Source: a bacterium (GTDB taxonomy: Bacteria > UBA8248). Taken from it: DNA of 64,000 bases. The position numbers and the translations under genes are program-made. The notes under the pieces were generated by a model that was not told the origin of the DNA, ran no database searches, and saw nothing but the letters and a program-made list of their open reading frames with translations. This document shows positions 1 to 8,396 of the stretch, piece after piece. Each line of letters starts with the position of its first letter. Positions within the stretch are counted from its first letter, which is position 1. The stretch lies in contig OZ241875.1 in assembly GCA_965203325.1 (NCBI GenBank), positions 2,816,001 to 2,880,000 on the forward strand. The letters run 5' to 3'.

Positions 1-155
1 TTCTCGATGGCTTCGGGGTCGAAAGCGTAGGCGCACAGCCCGTAAATCGTATCCGTGGGCAAAGCGACGATGTTTCCCGAATTCAGTTCTTCGCCGGCCT
101 GTCGAATTACTTCTTTTTTTGGTGAATCAGGATCCACCGGGAGGATTTTACTCAC
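1..155 (-). CDS. tsaC: L-threonylcarbamoyladenylate synthase (Sua5/YrdC), N-terminal part, runs off the window edge
   Basis: Manual translation from GTG at 155: MSKILPVDPDSPKKEVIRQAGEELNSGNIVALPTDTIYGLCAYAFDPEAIE, containing the YrdC motif (V)ALPTDTIYGL; follows purE on the same strand. Confidence 0.85.
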   Translation of the reverse strand, partial: MSKILPVDPDSPKKEVIRQAGEELNSGNIVALPTDTIYGLCAYAFDPEAIE

Positions 156-158
156 CGT

Positions 159-788
159 CTATTTTTTCCGGTACGTTCTTTTAGTGCGGCTCCGCTTGGG
201 TCTTGTTTTTTGTCCGGAACTTTTTCTGGCGTCATTTTGTGGTTGTTTCGAACCGTCTTTTTGTGTTCGGGCGGGTGACGGAGAAATTTCTTTCTGCAGT
301 TCGGCGTCCGCGGCCAGAACCCTCTCGGTTTGTTGTTGTGCGAAACGCCGGTATTCCTTCGCCAGTTTCGGGTCGGTCAAGGCGAGGATCCGGACGGCGT
401 GAAGGGCCGCATTTCTCGCGCCGGGGCCGCCGATTCCCATCGTCGCCACGGGAATGCCGGGGGGCATTTGCACTGTCGAGAGGAGAGAATCGAGCCCGCC
501 GAGTGAGGAACTGTCGATGGGAACGCCTATCACGGGCAGATCCGTAGCGGCTCCGACGACGCCCGCCAGGTGCGCCGACATGCCCGCGCCCGCGATCAAC
601 ACCCGGATTCCGCGCTCGGGCGCCGTTTTGACGTATTCATGTACGGCGTCGGGCGTGCGGTGAGCCGATAATACTCTCATCTCGGAGGGAATGTTGAAGG
701 TTTCAAACGCCTTCGTGGCTTCTTCCATCACCGGTTTATCCGATGCGCTGCCCATCAGTATCCCGACCAGGGGTGCTCTTGTGGCCAA
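159..788 (-). CDS. purE: N5-carboxyaminoimidazole ribonucleotide mutase with basic C-terminal tail
   Basis: Motifs ILMGSASD, SAHRTP, IAGAGMSAHLAG, SLLSTVQMPPGIPVAT. Confidence 0.95.
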   Translation of the reverse strand: MATRAPLVGILMGSASDKPVMEEATKAFETFNIPSEMRVLSAHRTPDAVHEYVKTAPERGIRVLIAGAGMSAHLAGVVGAATDLPVIGVPIDSSSLGGLDSLLSTVQMPPGIPVATMGIGGPGARNAALHAVRILALTDPKLAKEYRRFAQQQTERVLAADAELQKEISPSPARTQKDGSKQPQNDARKSSGQKTRPKRSRTKRTYRKK

Positions 789-803
789 AAGGTTCTCCTA
801 ATT

Positions 804-1193
804 TTATTGGGGGATGAACGCGAGCAGTTCGATTTCGAGTTTCGCGCCCGCGATGATTTTCGCCGCCTGAAACGTCGTTCGCGCCGGGGGGTCTTCCGTC
901 CCGAAGTACTCCTCGAACACGGCATTCATTTCCCCCAGATCCGCCAGATCTTCCATGAAAATGGTCACTTTTACGGCGTTTTTGAGCGCCGTGCCGCCCG
1001 CCTCGCAAACCGCCTTGAGATTCTCGATGACTTGGCGCGTCTGCTCGGCCACGCCGCCCGGGACGAGTTCCCCCGTCTTAGGGTCGAGGGGCAGCTGCCC
1101 CGAGCAGTGAAGCCACTCCCCCACCTGAACCGCCTGTGAGAGCGGCACCTTGCCCGATGCGGCCTTGTCCGTATGAACCACTCTTTTCTTCAT
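804..1193 (-). CDS. RidA/YjgF family reactive-intermediate deaminase
   Basis: SQAV, SGQLPLDP, VKVTIF, PPART, LEIE motifs; start moved to ATG at 1193. Confidence 0.9.
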   Translation of the reverse strand: MKKRVVHTDKAASGKVPLSQAVQVGEWLHCSGQLPLDPKTGELVPGGVAEQTRQVIENLKAVCEAGGTALKNAVKVTIFMEDLADLGEMNAVFEEYFGTEDPPARTTFQAAKIIAGAKLEIELLAFIPQ

Positions 1194-1745
1194 GATCGCT
1201 CCTGTGCGCCTGAAGCGTGACGCCCCATCAAAACACAAAATGAGGCCCGTGGGTATCTTTCGCGGGGTTTTTCGGCATCCAAAAGGTAACCTTATATTTA
1301 TCAGTCAGTTAGATCGCATCCCCTCCGCTCTCGGGGCGAGGCTCCCCCGCAATTGCCCGCATTTGCCGTTATCGCGTGAGGCGCGAGCATGGCAGAATTC
1401 CCCTGCGCCGCGACCCGGCTGCGTCATTTCCCGAGAATTTAATTTTCATTTATTTATCGAAAAACATCGGGAATTTATCTGATTTTATCGAATTTTTCAG
1501 AAATTCCATCGGCGCCGAACGAGCCGCCCGGCTCCGCCGTCACACCGGAATCCCCCGAACCCGCGCGAACGGCAAATGCGCGAGATTGCGCGCGCGGACT
1601 TCCGGCGAAACGCAACCGATCACCCCTTCCCGCCTCGGCGCCGTCTCTCACAAAAAACTGGCCCCCCGCCGCCACGTTGTGTTATCTTGCTATCTTGGTT
1701 GGCGAGATGTTTTTCAACAGCCTATCACGAGGGAGGACTCAAATC

Positions 1746-2738
1746 ATGGCAGGAGTACGCCATCGGCAGCATCCCTTCGACACCGATTTCCATCTCACCC
1801 CCGAGCACAAGGAGCAATTCCGGCGCGACGGCTTCGTCAAACTGGAAGGGTTCTACAACTCTGAAGTGGTCGAGACGCTGCTTGCTCGTGTCGAAGCCGA
1901 AATGGACCGGGGGGAGGCCGACAGTTTCAAGGCCGATGCAATGTTCAATCGAGCGAAGTATGACTTCGCAGGCGAAATGGGCGACGTCTATGAACTGCTG
2001 GAACGGCCTTACTTGCGAAGGACTCTTACGGATCTGGTCGAATGCGATCTCTTTTTGACTTTCGAGCAGTGCTTTGAAGTCGAAAAGAACGTCAGCAAGG
2101 GGTTTCCCTGGCATGTCGGCGCGCAGAGCTTCGGCTTTCAACCCGCGGAAGAATTCGCGTGCACGCTGTGGGGGCCGCTGCATCCCGTGGATACGAAGGG
2201 CCAGCGGGGCGGGATGGCTTATGTCCCCGATCATGTCATATCGGGCGATTTCATCTTCCACCAGATCGAGCCGGCGATTGTCTCGACGCTGGAGGCCAAG
2301 GAGCAAGCCGGCGTCAGGACGAACGTAAATGAATATTTCGACATGCGTTCGGGGATCCTCAATTCACCGACCATGTGCGAGATACTCGAGAACCACCAGG
2401 TCGAAGACGATTTCGAGCCCGGCGACGCGCTCCTGTTCAACAAAATGGTCGTCCACCGAAGCATCATGCTCGGTGAGGGTGCGCTTCCCAGGCGCGCCGC
2501 CTACGTGATGCGTTTTATCGATGCGGGCTCGCACTACGATCTGGAGCGGGCGCGGATGCTCGAATTCCCCGTGGAAATGTACGGAAAGGGGTTCTTCCCG
2601 TATAAACCTTTCACCCGTCAGCACATCGAGATCGCGGAAGCCGGAGCGAGCGACGGCGACCTTCTCGCGGAATGCGCCTTTTTCGACGAACGTGATCGCC
2701 GCACGATCCGGCGCGAACGCTCTCTCCAGGCCGGTTGA
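1746..2738 (+). CDS. PhyH-fold Fe(II)/2-oxoglutarate enzyme with HxG motif, predicted halogenase (copy 1)
   Basis: N-terminal LTPEHKEQFRRDGFVKL; PWHVG (His-Val-Gly at 2112-2120); CTLWGPL; PGDALLFNKMVVHRS...RRAAY. GGGAGGA RBS before ATG 1746. Confidence 0.8.
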   Translation: MAGVRHRQHPFDTDFHLTPEHKEQFRRDGFVKLEGFYNSEVVETLLARVEAEMDRGEADSFKADAMFNRAKYDFAGEMGDVYELLERPYLRRTLTDLVECDLFLTFEQCFEVEKNVSKGFPWHVGAQSFGFQPAEEFACTLWGPLHPVDTKGQRGGMAYVPDHVISGDFIFHQIEPAIVSTLEAKEQAGVRTNVNEYFDMRSGILNSPTMCEILENHQVEDDFEPGDALLFNKMVVHRSIMLGEGALPRRAAYVMRFIDAGSHYDLERARMLEFPVEMYGKGFFPYKPFTRQHIEIAEAGASDGDLLAECAFFDERDRRTIRRERSLQAG

Positions 2739-2767
2739 ATATCGCCGGCGGAAACGCGCAGGAGGAC

Positions 2768-3781
2768 ATGATGAACAGCCATCCTTTCGACAACGAGTTC
2801 CTCATCACCCCGGAGCAGAAGGAGCAATTCCGGCGCGACGGTTTCGTCAAACTGGAAGGGTTCTTGAACGATAACGTGGTGGAGGCGCTTCTGAATCGTG
2901 TCGAAGTCGAATTGAGCGGAGAAGGGGCCACCAACTTCAACAAATCTCGTTCAGCGGAGCTTCTCGACATACGAACGACGTATGACTTCGAGATCGATAA
3001 ATCGGAAGTCTATGAACTGATGGAACGGCCTTATTTCCGGCGGGCTCTGACGGATCTGGCCGAATGCGATCTCTTTCTGACTGCCGAGTTGTGCTTTGAA
3101 ATCGAAAAGAACGTCAGCAAGGGGCTCCCCTGGCATGTCGGCGTGCAGAGTTTCGGCTTTCAGCCCGCTGAGGAATTCGCGTGCACCATTTGGGCGCCGC
3201 TGCATCCCGTGGATACGAAGGGCCAGCGGGGTGGAATGGCTTATGTCCCCCAGAACGTCATATCGGGCGATTTCGTCTTCCGCCAGATCGAGCCGGCGGT
3301 TGTCTCGACGCTGGAGGCCAAGGAGCGCGCCGGGGTCAGGACGAACGTAAATGAGTACTTCGCCATGCGCGAAGGAATCCTCAATTCGCCGACCATGTGC
3401 GAGATACTCGAGAACCACCAGGTCGAAGACGATTTCGCGCCCGGCGACGCGCTCCTGTTCAACAAGATGGTCGTCCACCGCAGCATCATGCTCGGGGAGG
3501 GAGCGCTCCCCAGGCGCGCCGCCTACGCGATGCGCTTTGTGGATGTTGGGTCGCACTACGATCTTGAGCGGGCGAAAAACCTCGAATACCCCGCGGAACA
3601 GTACGGGAAGGGGTTCTTCCCGTATAAACCGATTACCCGTTTCCACATTGAAATCGCGGAAGCCGGAGCGCGCGACGGAGACGTTCTCGCGGAATGCGCC
3701 TTTTTCGATAACCGAGAGCGCCGCACGATGCGGCGCGAACGGGACTTTCGACCTGAATCAAAGGAGCGCGTGGAACGATGA
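2768..3781 (+). CDS. PhyH-fold Fe(II)/2-oxoglutarate enzyme with HxG motif, predicted halogenase (copy 2)
   Basis: Close paralog of the upstream gene; PWHVG at 3134-3142, VVHRS distal His at 3476-3478; CAGGAGGA RBS before ATG 2768/2771. Confidence 0.8.
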   Translation: MMNSHPFDNEFLITPEQKEQFRRDGFVKLEGFLNDNVVEALLNRVEVELSGEGATNFNKSRSAELLDIRTTYDFEIDKSEVYELMERPYFRRALTDLAECDLFLTAELCFEIEKNVSKGLPWHVGVQSFGFQPAEEFACTIWAPLHPVDTKGQRGGMAYVPQNVISGDFVFRQIEPAVVSTLEAKERAGVRTNVNEYFAMREGILNSPTMCEILENHQVEDDFAPGDALLFNKMVVHRSIMLGEGALPRRAAYAMRFVDVGSHYDLERAKNLEYPAEQYGKGFFPYKPITRFHIEIAEAGARDGDVLAECAFFDNRERRTMRRERDFRPESKERVER

Positions 3782-4965
3782 AACACGACCGTCAGATGGC
3801 GTTGCTCGACAGAATGCTTGAACTCCGCGGGCGACGCGAAGACCAAACGATTTACGACAAGGTCTTGCATCTGCCCCTGGACGCCTATACCAGCCAGGAG
3901 GTCTTCGAACGCGAGCTCGAGACGTTGTTTTTCGACAGCCCGCTCGTAGCCGGGCACATGGACGGCGTTCGTGAGCCTGGCAGTTACATGCTCAGCGACT
4001 GGACGCGACAGCCGTATTTCGTTGTCCGGGGCGAAGACGGCGTCCTTCGGGCATTTCTCAACACCTGCCGCCATCGGGGCGCGCCGCTTATTGTCAGGGA
4101 GAAAGACGAACCGCTGCGGGCGCTGGTTTGCCCGTTTCACGGGTGGACATATGGCCTGGACGGCGCACTGCGGGGTATTCCGCGATCATTCGGCTTTCCT
4201 GACATCGACAAGCGGGACTACGGCCTGAAAGCGTGTTCGGTGGCGGAAAGCGCGGGATTGGTATGGGTTCACCCGACCCGGCAGGAATCGTTCGATCCGG
4301 CGCAGGAACTGGGCGCTTTCGCGGAAGATTTCGCGGAGTTCCGTCTTGAGCGTTTTGTCAGCCACCGAAGGGTCGTGACGGAGAAAAAGGCCAACTGGAA
4401 GCTTCTTATTCAAATGAACCTGGAAGGCTACCACGTTGCGCATCTGCACAAAGGAACCCTGGCTCCGAATTTCCGCGAAGGTTTTTTTTCTCACGACGCG
4501 GAGGGGCCTCATCTGCGCGTTATGGCAGCACAAACGAACTTGCCTGATGCGGAAAACGTCCCGGAGAAACAGAGAAAGCTTATCGACTTCGTAACGCTTT
4601 TTTATGTTCTGTTCCCCAACACGATTTTCATTGTGCGCAAAGACACTATTTTAATCAGCAGGTTCTTGCCGCTGGCCCCGGATCGAACGCTCTGCTCGCA
4701 GGAACTGCTCTATCTTCCCGATAAATACGTCGGGGAGTCGGGGCAGAAAGCGTTGCGCAACCGCCTCCTCTACGCGGAAGTCACTATGGACGACGAAGAT
4801 TACACGATGGCGGAACGGATCCAGGCCAACCTGCTGAACGGAGTGAACGAAACCCACATGCTGGGTCTCGAGGAAGGGCTCGTGATGGTGTTTCAGGAGA
4901 TAGTCAGCAAGAGGTTGGCCGCACGGGAGTCCGCGACCGCAGACAGCTCCCGGCGAGGTTGTTGA
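3778..4965 (+). CDS. Rieske non-heme iron oxygenase, alpha subunit
   Basis: Rieske CRHRG...CPFHGW, mononuclear Fe motif NLEGYHVAHLH and distal DDED; ATGA overlap with upstream stop. Confidence 0.92.
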   Translation: MKHDRQMALLDRMLELRGRREDQTIYDKVLHLPLDAYTSQEVFERELETLFFDSPLVAGHMDGVREPGSYMLSDWTRQPYFVVRGEDGVLRAFLNTCRHRGAPLIVREKDEPLRALVCPFHGWTYGLDGALRGIPRSFGFPDIDKRDYGLKACSVAESAGLVWVHPTRQESFDPAQELGAFAEDFAEFRLERFVSHRRVVTEKKANWKLLIQMNLEGYHVAHLHKGTLAPNFREGFFSHDAEGPHLRVMAAQTNLPDAENVPEKQRKLIDFVTLFYVLFPNTIFIVRKDTILISRFLPLAPDRTLCSQELLYLPDKYVGESGQKALRNRLLYAEVTMDDEDYTMAERIQANLLNGVNETHMLGLEEGLVMVFQEIVSKRLAARESATADSSRRGC

Positions 4966-4980
4966 CCGCCCCTTGACTTG

Positions 4981-5234
4981 AAAAGCACCCCCCCCTACCC
5001 CCCCCCTTAACAGGGGGGTAAAAGCAGCGCCCCCTGACGAAGGTTTGACTCATCCGATGAAAGAGCAAGATACACTCCCCCCACCGACTCGCTTGCGGGC
5101 TTCGCCCTTACCTCGTCGACTCCCCCTCAAGGGGGGAGTGAATAAAATTCTTCTCGGTGGAAAGAAGGTCCTCCCGACAGGGGGGAATAAAAAAGACCCC
5201 CCTGACAAGGGGGGGTAGGGGGGGTTGCTCTTTT
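4981..5234. repeat. MITE/REP-like element with ~40-bp imperfect terminal inverted repeats and a nested smaller inverted-repeat element (5073-5140)
   Basis: Left arm AAAAGCACCCCCCCCTACCCCCCCCCTTAACAGGGGGGT mirrors right arm ACCCCCCTGACAAGGGGGGGTAGGGGGGGTTGCTCTTTT; inner CACTCCCCCC...GGGGGGAGTG. Confidence 0.65.
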
Positions 5235-5269
5235 GAAAAAGGCTTTTTCAACAGTCCTTCGCGCGCGGC

Positions 5270-6169
5270 CTAGCGAATTCCGTGGCTTGCCAGGTATTCC
5301 CGGACCATCGCGGCGCACTCCTCCGGCTTTTCCACCTGCAGGAAGTGCGAAGCCTCGGGCACGAAGTCGTAGTCGACAGCCGTTGCGTGACTCAGGTCGA
5401 AAGTCGGCAGGTACGCGAAGGGCAGCGTGGGATCAGCACCGATGACCTTCGTCGGGCAGGTCAGTATCGTCAGATCCAGCAAAGGCGAGAAGCTCCTCAC
5501 ATATTCCGCGATCTGGGCCTCGTAATCGCGCGGGCAGCGGAGTTCGTAAGCCTCTCCGTCGGCGCTCTTGCGAAGGGTCGACCGCGCTATGAGATCGCGC
5601 ACCCCCGGTAAGACGCGGTTGTATCCGGGAACGATGGCGAGGATTTCGGCTAACTGCTCCCGGCTCTCGAACCGATCCGCCCGCTTCCGGGTCATCGCCG
5701 CTATCCGTTCCGCCGCAGCGTCCCATTCCGCCTCTCTCCCGGCGGGTTTGCACAGCGGCGGATCGAACAGAACCAGCGCGGAATAGGCGTCGGTGAAGGA
5801 GAGGAGCGTCACAAGCGTCGAAAGGGAATGAAACACGCCCACGGTCGGTTTTTCGCCGTATTCCCGGACGATGGCGTCGAGTATGAGGTCATGGTCGGAA
5901 ATCAGCGCCGGAATGTTGTGATCCCGCTGCGCGCCGACGCTGTTCCAGCCATGGTTCCTGAGGTCGTAGACCATCAGGTCGAAATCGTCGGCGAGCAGCG
6001 ACCAGAACGGATAATAGGGATCGACCGCGAGACCGTTGCCGTGGGTCAGGACGAGCCGGGAACCTGCCGGATTGCCGTGTCGCCGCACCGTGGCCATAGC
6101 GTGTTCATCGAGTCGAACCTCGCACGTCGAAACGGGCTTGGGTATCGTCCAATGCGCTTCTTGCGCCAT
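5270..6169 (-). CDS. Alpha/beta hydrolase (SupD-like, putative thioesterase/acyltransferase)
   Basis: HGNG oxyanion loop, DLRNHG, nucleophile elbow variant GVFHSLS, catalytic His in ASHFLQVEKP; lies in the PKS operon. Confidence 0.85.
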   Translation of the reverse strand: MAQEAHWTIPKPVSTCEVRLDEHAMATVRRHGNPAGSRLVLTHGNGLAVDPYYPFWSLLADDFDLMVYDLRNHGWNSVGAQRDHNIPALISDHDLILDAIVREYGEKPTVGVFHSLSTLVTLLSFTDAYSALVLFDPPLCKPAGREAEWDAAAERIAAMTRKRADRFESREQLAEILAIVPGYNRVLPGVRDLIARSTLRKSADGEAYELRCPRDYEAQIAEYVRSFSPLLDLTILTCPTKVIGADPTLPFAYLPTFDLSHATAVDYDFVPEASHFLQVEKPEECAAMVREYLASHGIR

Positions 6170-6210
6170 ATCCGAAGGCCTGGCTGCGCTCGAGCGTCGA
6201 GGAACGCCGA

Positions 6211-6438
6211 TCAGCCGCGCGCGTCGATATGATCTGCAAGTTCCTGCAAAGTCTGGAACTTCGAGAAGTCCTCTATGGCCAACCCGAGGCCGAACTCCTC
6301 GTTGACGAGTTTGAAGAAGGCAACCGCCTCCATCGAGGTAACCTCTATTTCGCCGAGCTGGGCGTTGAAATCCGGCTCATGGCCGATGTCGAAACTGCTC
6401 GCGATGATCTTCTTGATGCGATCCTGTGTTGCCGACAT
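6211..6438 (-). CDS. Discrete acyl carrier protein (second copy)
   Basis: 75 aa, acidic, LGEIEVTSMEAV (Ser attachment site), EEFGL, FQTLQEL; AAGGAG RBS; paralog of 9578..9799. Confidence 0.8.
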   Translation of the reverse strand: MSATQDRIKKIIASSFDIGHEPDFNAQLGEIEVTSMEAVAFFKLVNEEFGLGLAIEDFSKFQTLQELADHIDARG

Positions 6439-6532
6439 GAGTGTTCACTCCTTTTCCAGTGGTAGCGGGCGCGAGCGGTGGCAGCAAGCGCGAGATTCTG
6501 AATTGGATACGTGCCGCAAAACCCGTATCTCA

Positions 6533-6562
6533 ATCATAAGTGAAGCACCCGCATCTTGACAA
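6533..6562 (-). promoter_or_regulatory. Putative sigma70 promoter for ACP2-hydrolase
   Basis: Minus strand TTGTCA-N18-TATGAT about 95 bp upstream of the ACP start. Confidence 0.4.
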
Positions 6563-6665
6563 GCCTCCGGCCCCTAAGGCGCAATCGAGGGCAGCGGCGA
6601 TGAGTTCCGGGGCGAGTTTCCGTAACCTGGCCTCCATTCTTTCTCGTTTGTGCGGGAACGAGCGG

Positions 6666-8396
6666 CTATGGCGCTTCCATGCGGACGGTCACGATGTCCA
6701 CTCCGTGGTATTGCTGGTGGCGAACCGAAGCCGCGAGATCACGCAAAAGCCGGAGCGACACCTCCTGCTCGAGGTGGGCTTCTTCCGTCTGCTCGCCGAG
6801 AAGCGCGACCTGATCCTCGAGGTTCCCTCCCTCGCCTGCCGCGGCGATGAACTCCAGAACGGCTGCGCCGCCGTCTTTTTTCGCGAGCAATACCACCCGT
6901 CGTCCGCTTTGCTCCCCATCCTTGTCTGGCCCGATCAGCGTCAGTAAGACTTCCTCGCAGACGCCGCCCAGACGCCTCGCCATCCCCTCATCCCAGTTGT
7001 ACGTGGAGGCGAACTCGCCGAGAAACTCCCTGAGCTCCGGCAGGGACGAGGTGTCGAGCGCCGTTTCCATCCGGGCGGGGCGGGGTTCGGTGATCTCCAC
7101 GAACAGGGTCATGACGATGGCGACGAGGCCGCCGGCCGTCATCCCGTTGTTCATCAGGCCGCCCGCGAATTCCGAGAAAAACTCCGGGAAGACAACCCCG
7201 CTCTGAAAAGCCACGCCGAGCCAGAACGAGACGCCGACGATCAGGCTCTTGCGGTAGTCGATCCCGTCCTGAACGATCATCTGCACGCCGATCATGAAGA
7301 GGATCGCCATCATCACGACGAGATAGGCGGCGAAGACCGGTCCCGGTATCGCCAGCACCAGGGCGAGCGCTTTAGGCAAAAACGCCAGCGCCGCGAACAT
7401 CGCGCCTGCGGCGATCCCGACGTGGCGGGCGGCGACTCCGGTGAGCTGGGTCAGGGATGCGCCCGTCGTATAGGACGTGTTCGGCACCGTTCCCGCCAGG
7501 CCGGAGAGCAGGTTGCTCAGAGCGTCGGTTGCCACCGCGCCCTGCACCGCCCGGAAATCCACCGCCCGGGGCCGGCGCCAGGAGACGCGCTGAGCGGCGG
7601 CGGCGCTGCTGATCGTCCGGATGGCGCCGATGGTGGCCGCCAGCAGGAACCCGGGAAGAAGCGACCAGAAAAGCGGCCCGAAGCCGAGATCGAGGCCCGG
7701 CCATTCGACCGAAGGCAGTCCGGCCCAGGCGGCCTCCGCGACGCGGGCCGTGTCGTAAATGCCGAAAAAGACGGCGACGAGCGATCCAGCGAGAATGCCG
7801 ATAACAGGCGCCCAGAGGCGAAGCGAGCCCGACGCCTTGAGGGTGAGGCCGCAGATGACGAGCACGGTCGCCAGAGCGCTCAGCGGAGCGCCCGGGGCCG
7901 GGCTGCCCTCCGGCACGTCCTTGAGCAGATTGAGGACGGGCGACATCACCGAAACGGGAATCAGCATGAGCACCGTGCCCGAGACGGCCGGGGTCAGGAT
8001 CCGCCGGAACAGCAAGAGTCTATCGGATATGACGAACTGAAAGAGCGCCGAGACGACGACCAGGGTGGCAAAGGTAGCGGGTCCTCCCTCGGCGAGCGCC
8101 TGAATGGATACTGCGATGAAGGCCCCCGAACTGCCCATCATGAGCACATGACCCATCCCGAAACGCCCGAGACGGAGTGCCTGGAGCATCGTGGCCCCGC
8201 CTCCGATAACGACGGCGGCGAACACGGCCCACGAGAGATAGGCTTCGCCTTGGCCGGCGGCCCGCATCACGACCGTCGTGAGCAAAATCGTGGCGGATAC
8301 GCTGAGTGCGGTGAGCTGCAGACCCAGGCCGAGGGAGATGGCGAGCGGTGGTTTTTCGTCGGCCTGGTAGCGGAGGCCGGAATCGTTCGCACTCAT
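6666..8396 (-). CDS. NCS2 (xanthine/uracil permease family) transporter with C-terminal HATPase/anti-sigma-like domain (SupE-like)
   Basis: YQADEKPP...LGLQ start, many hydrophobic helices, PNTSY...LTGVAAR signature region; ~140-aa soluble tail (LPELREFL...CEEVL...SLRLLRDLA...GVDIVTV). Confidence 0.85.
   Translation of the reverse strand: MSANDSGLRYQADEKPPLAISLGLGLQLTALSVSATILLTTVVMRAAGQGEAYLSWAVFAAVVIGGGATMLQALRLGRFGMGHVLMMGSSGAFIAVSIQALAEGGPATFATLVVVSALFQFVISDRLLLFRRILTPAVSGTVLMLIPVSVMSPVLNLLKDVPEGSPAPGAPLSALATVLVICGLTLKASGSLRLWAPVIGILAGSLVAVFFGIYDTARVAEAAWAGLPSVEWPGLDLGFGPLFWSLLPGFLLAATIGAIRTISSAAAAQRVSWRRPRAVDFRAVQGAVATDALSNLLSGLAGTVPNTSYTTGASLTQLTGVAARHVGIAAGAMFAALAFLPKALALVLAIPGPVFAAYLVVMMAILFMIGVQMIVQDGIDYRKSLIVGVSFWLGVAFQSGVVFPEFFSEFAGGLMNNGMTAGGLVAIVMTLFVEITEPRPARMETALDTSSLPELREFLGEFASTYNWDEGMARRLGGVCEEVLLTLIGPDKDGEQSGRRVVLLAKKDGGAAVLEFIAAAGEGGNLEDQVALLGEQTEEAHLEQEVSLRLLRDLAASVRHQQYHGVDIVTVRMEAP

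Noticed and set aside
1200..1700. ORFs 1376..1864 and 1192..1482 upstream of the halogenases
   Set aside because: No protein-like features; more likely a divergent promoter region.
1746..3781. Duplicate halogenase as an assembly artefact
   Set aside because: The copies differ by many substitutions and an indel, and each has its own RBS.
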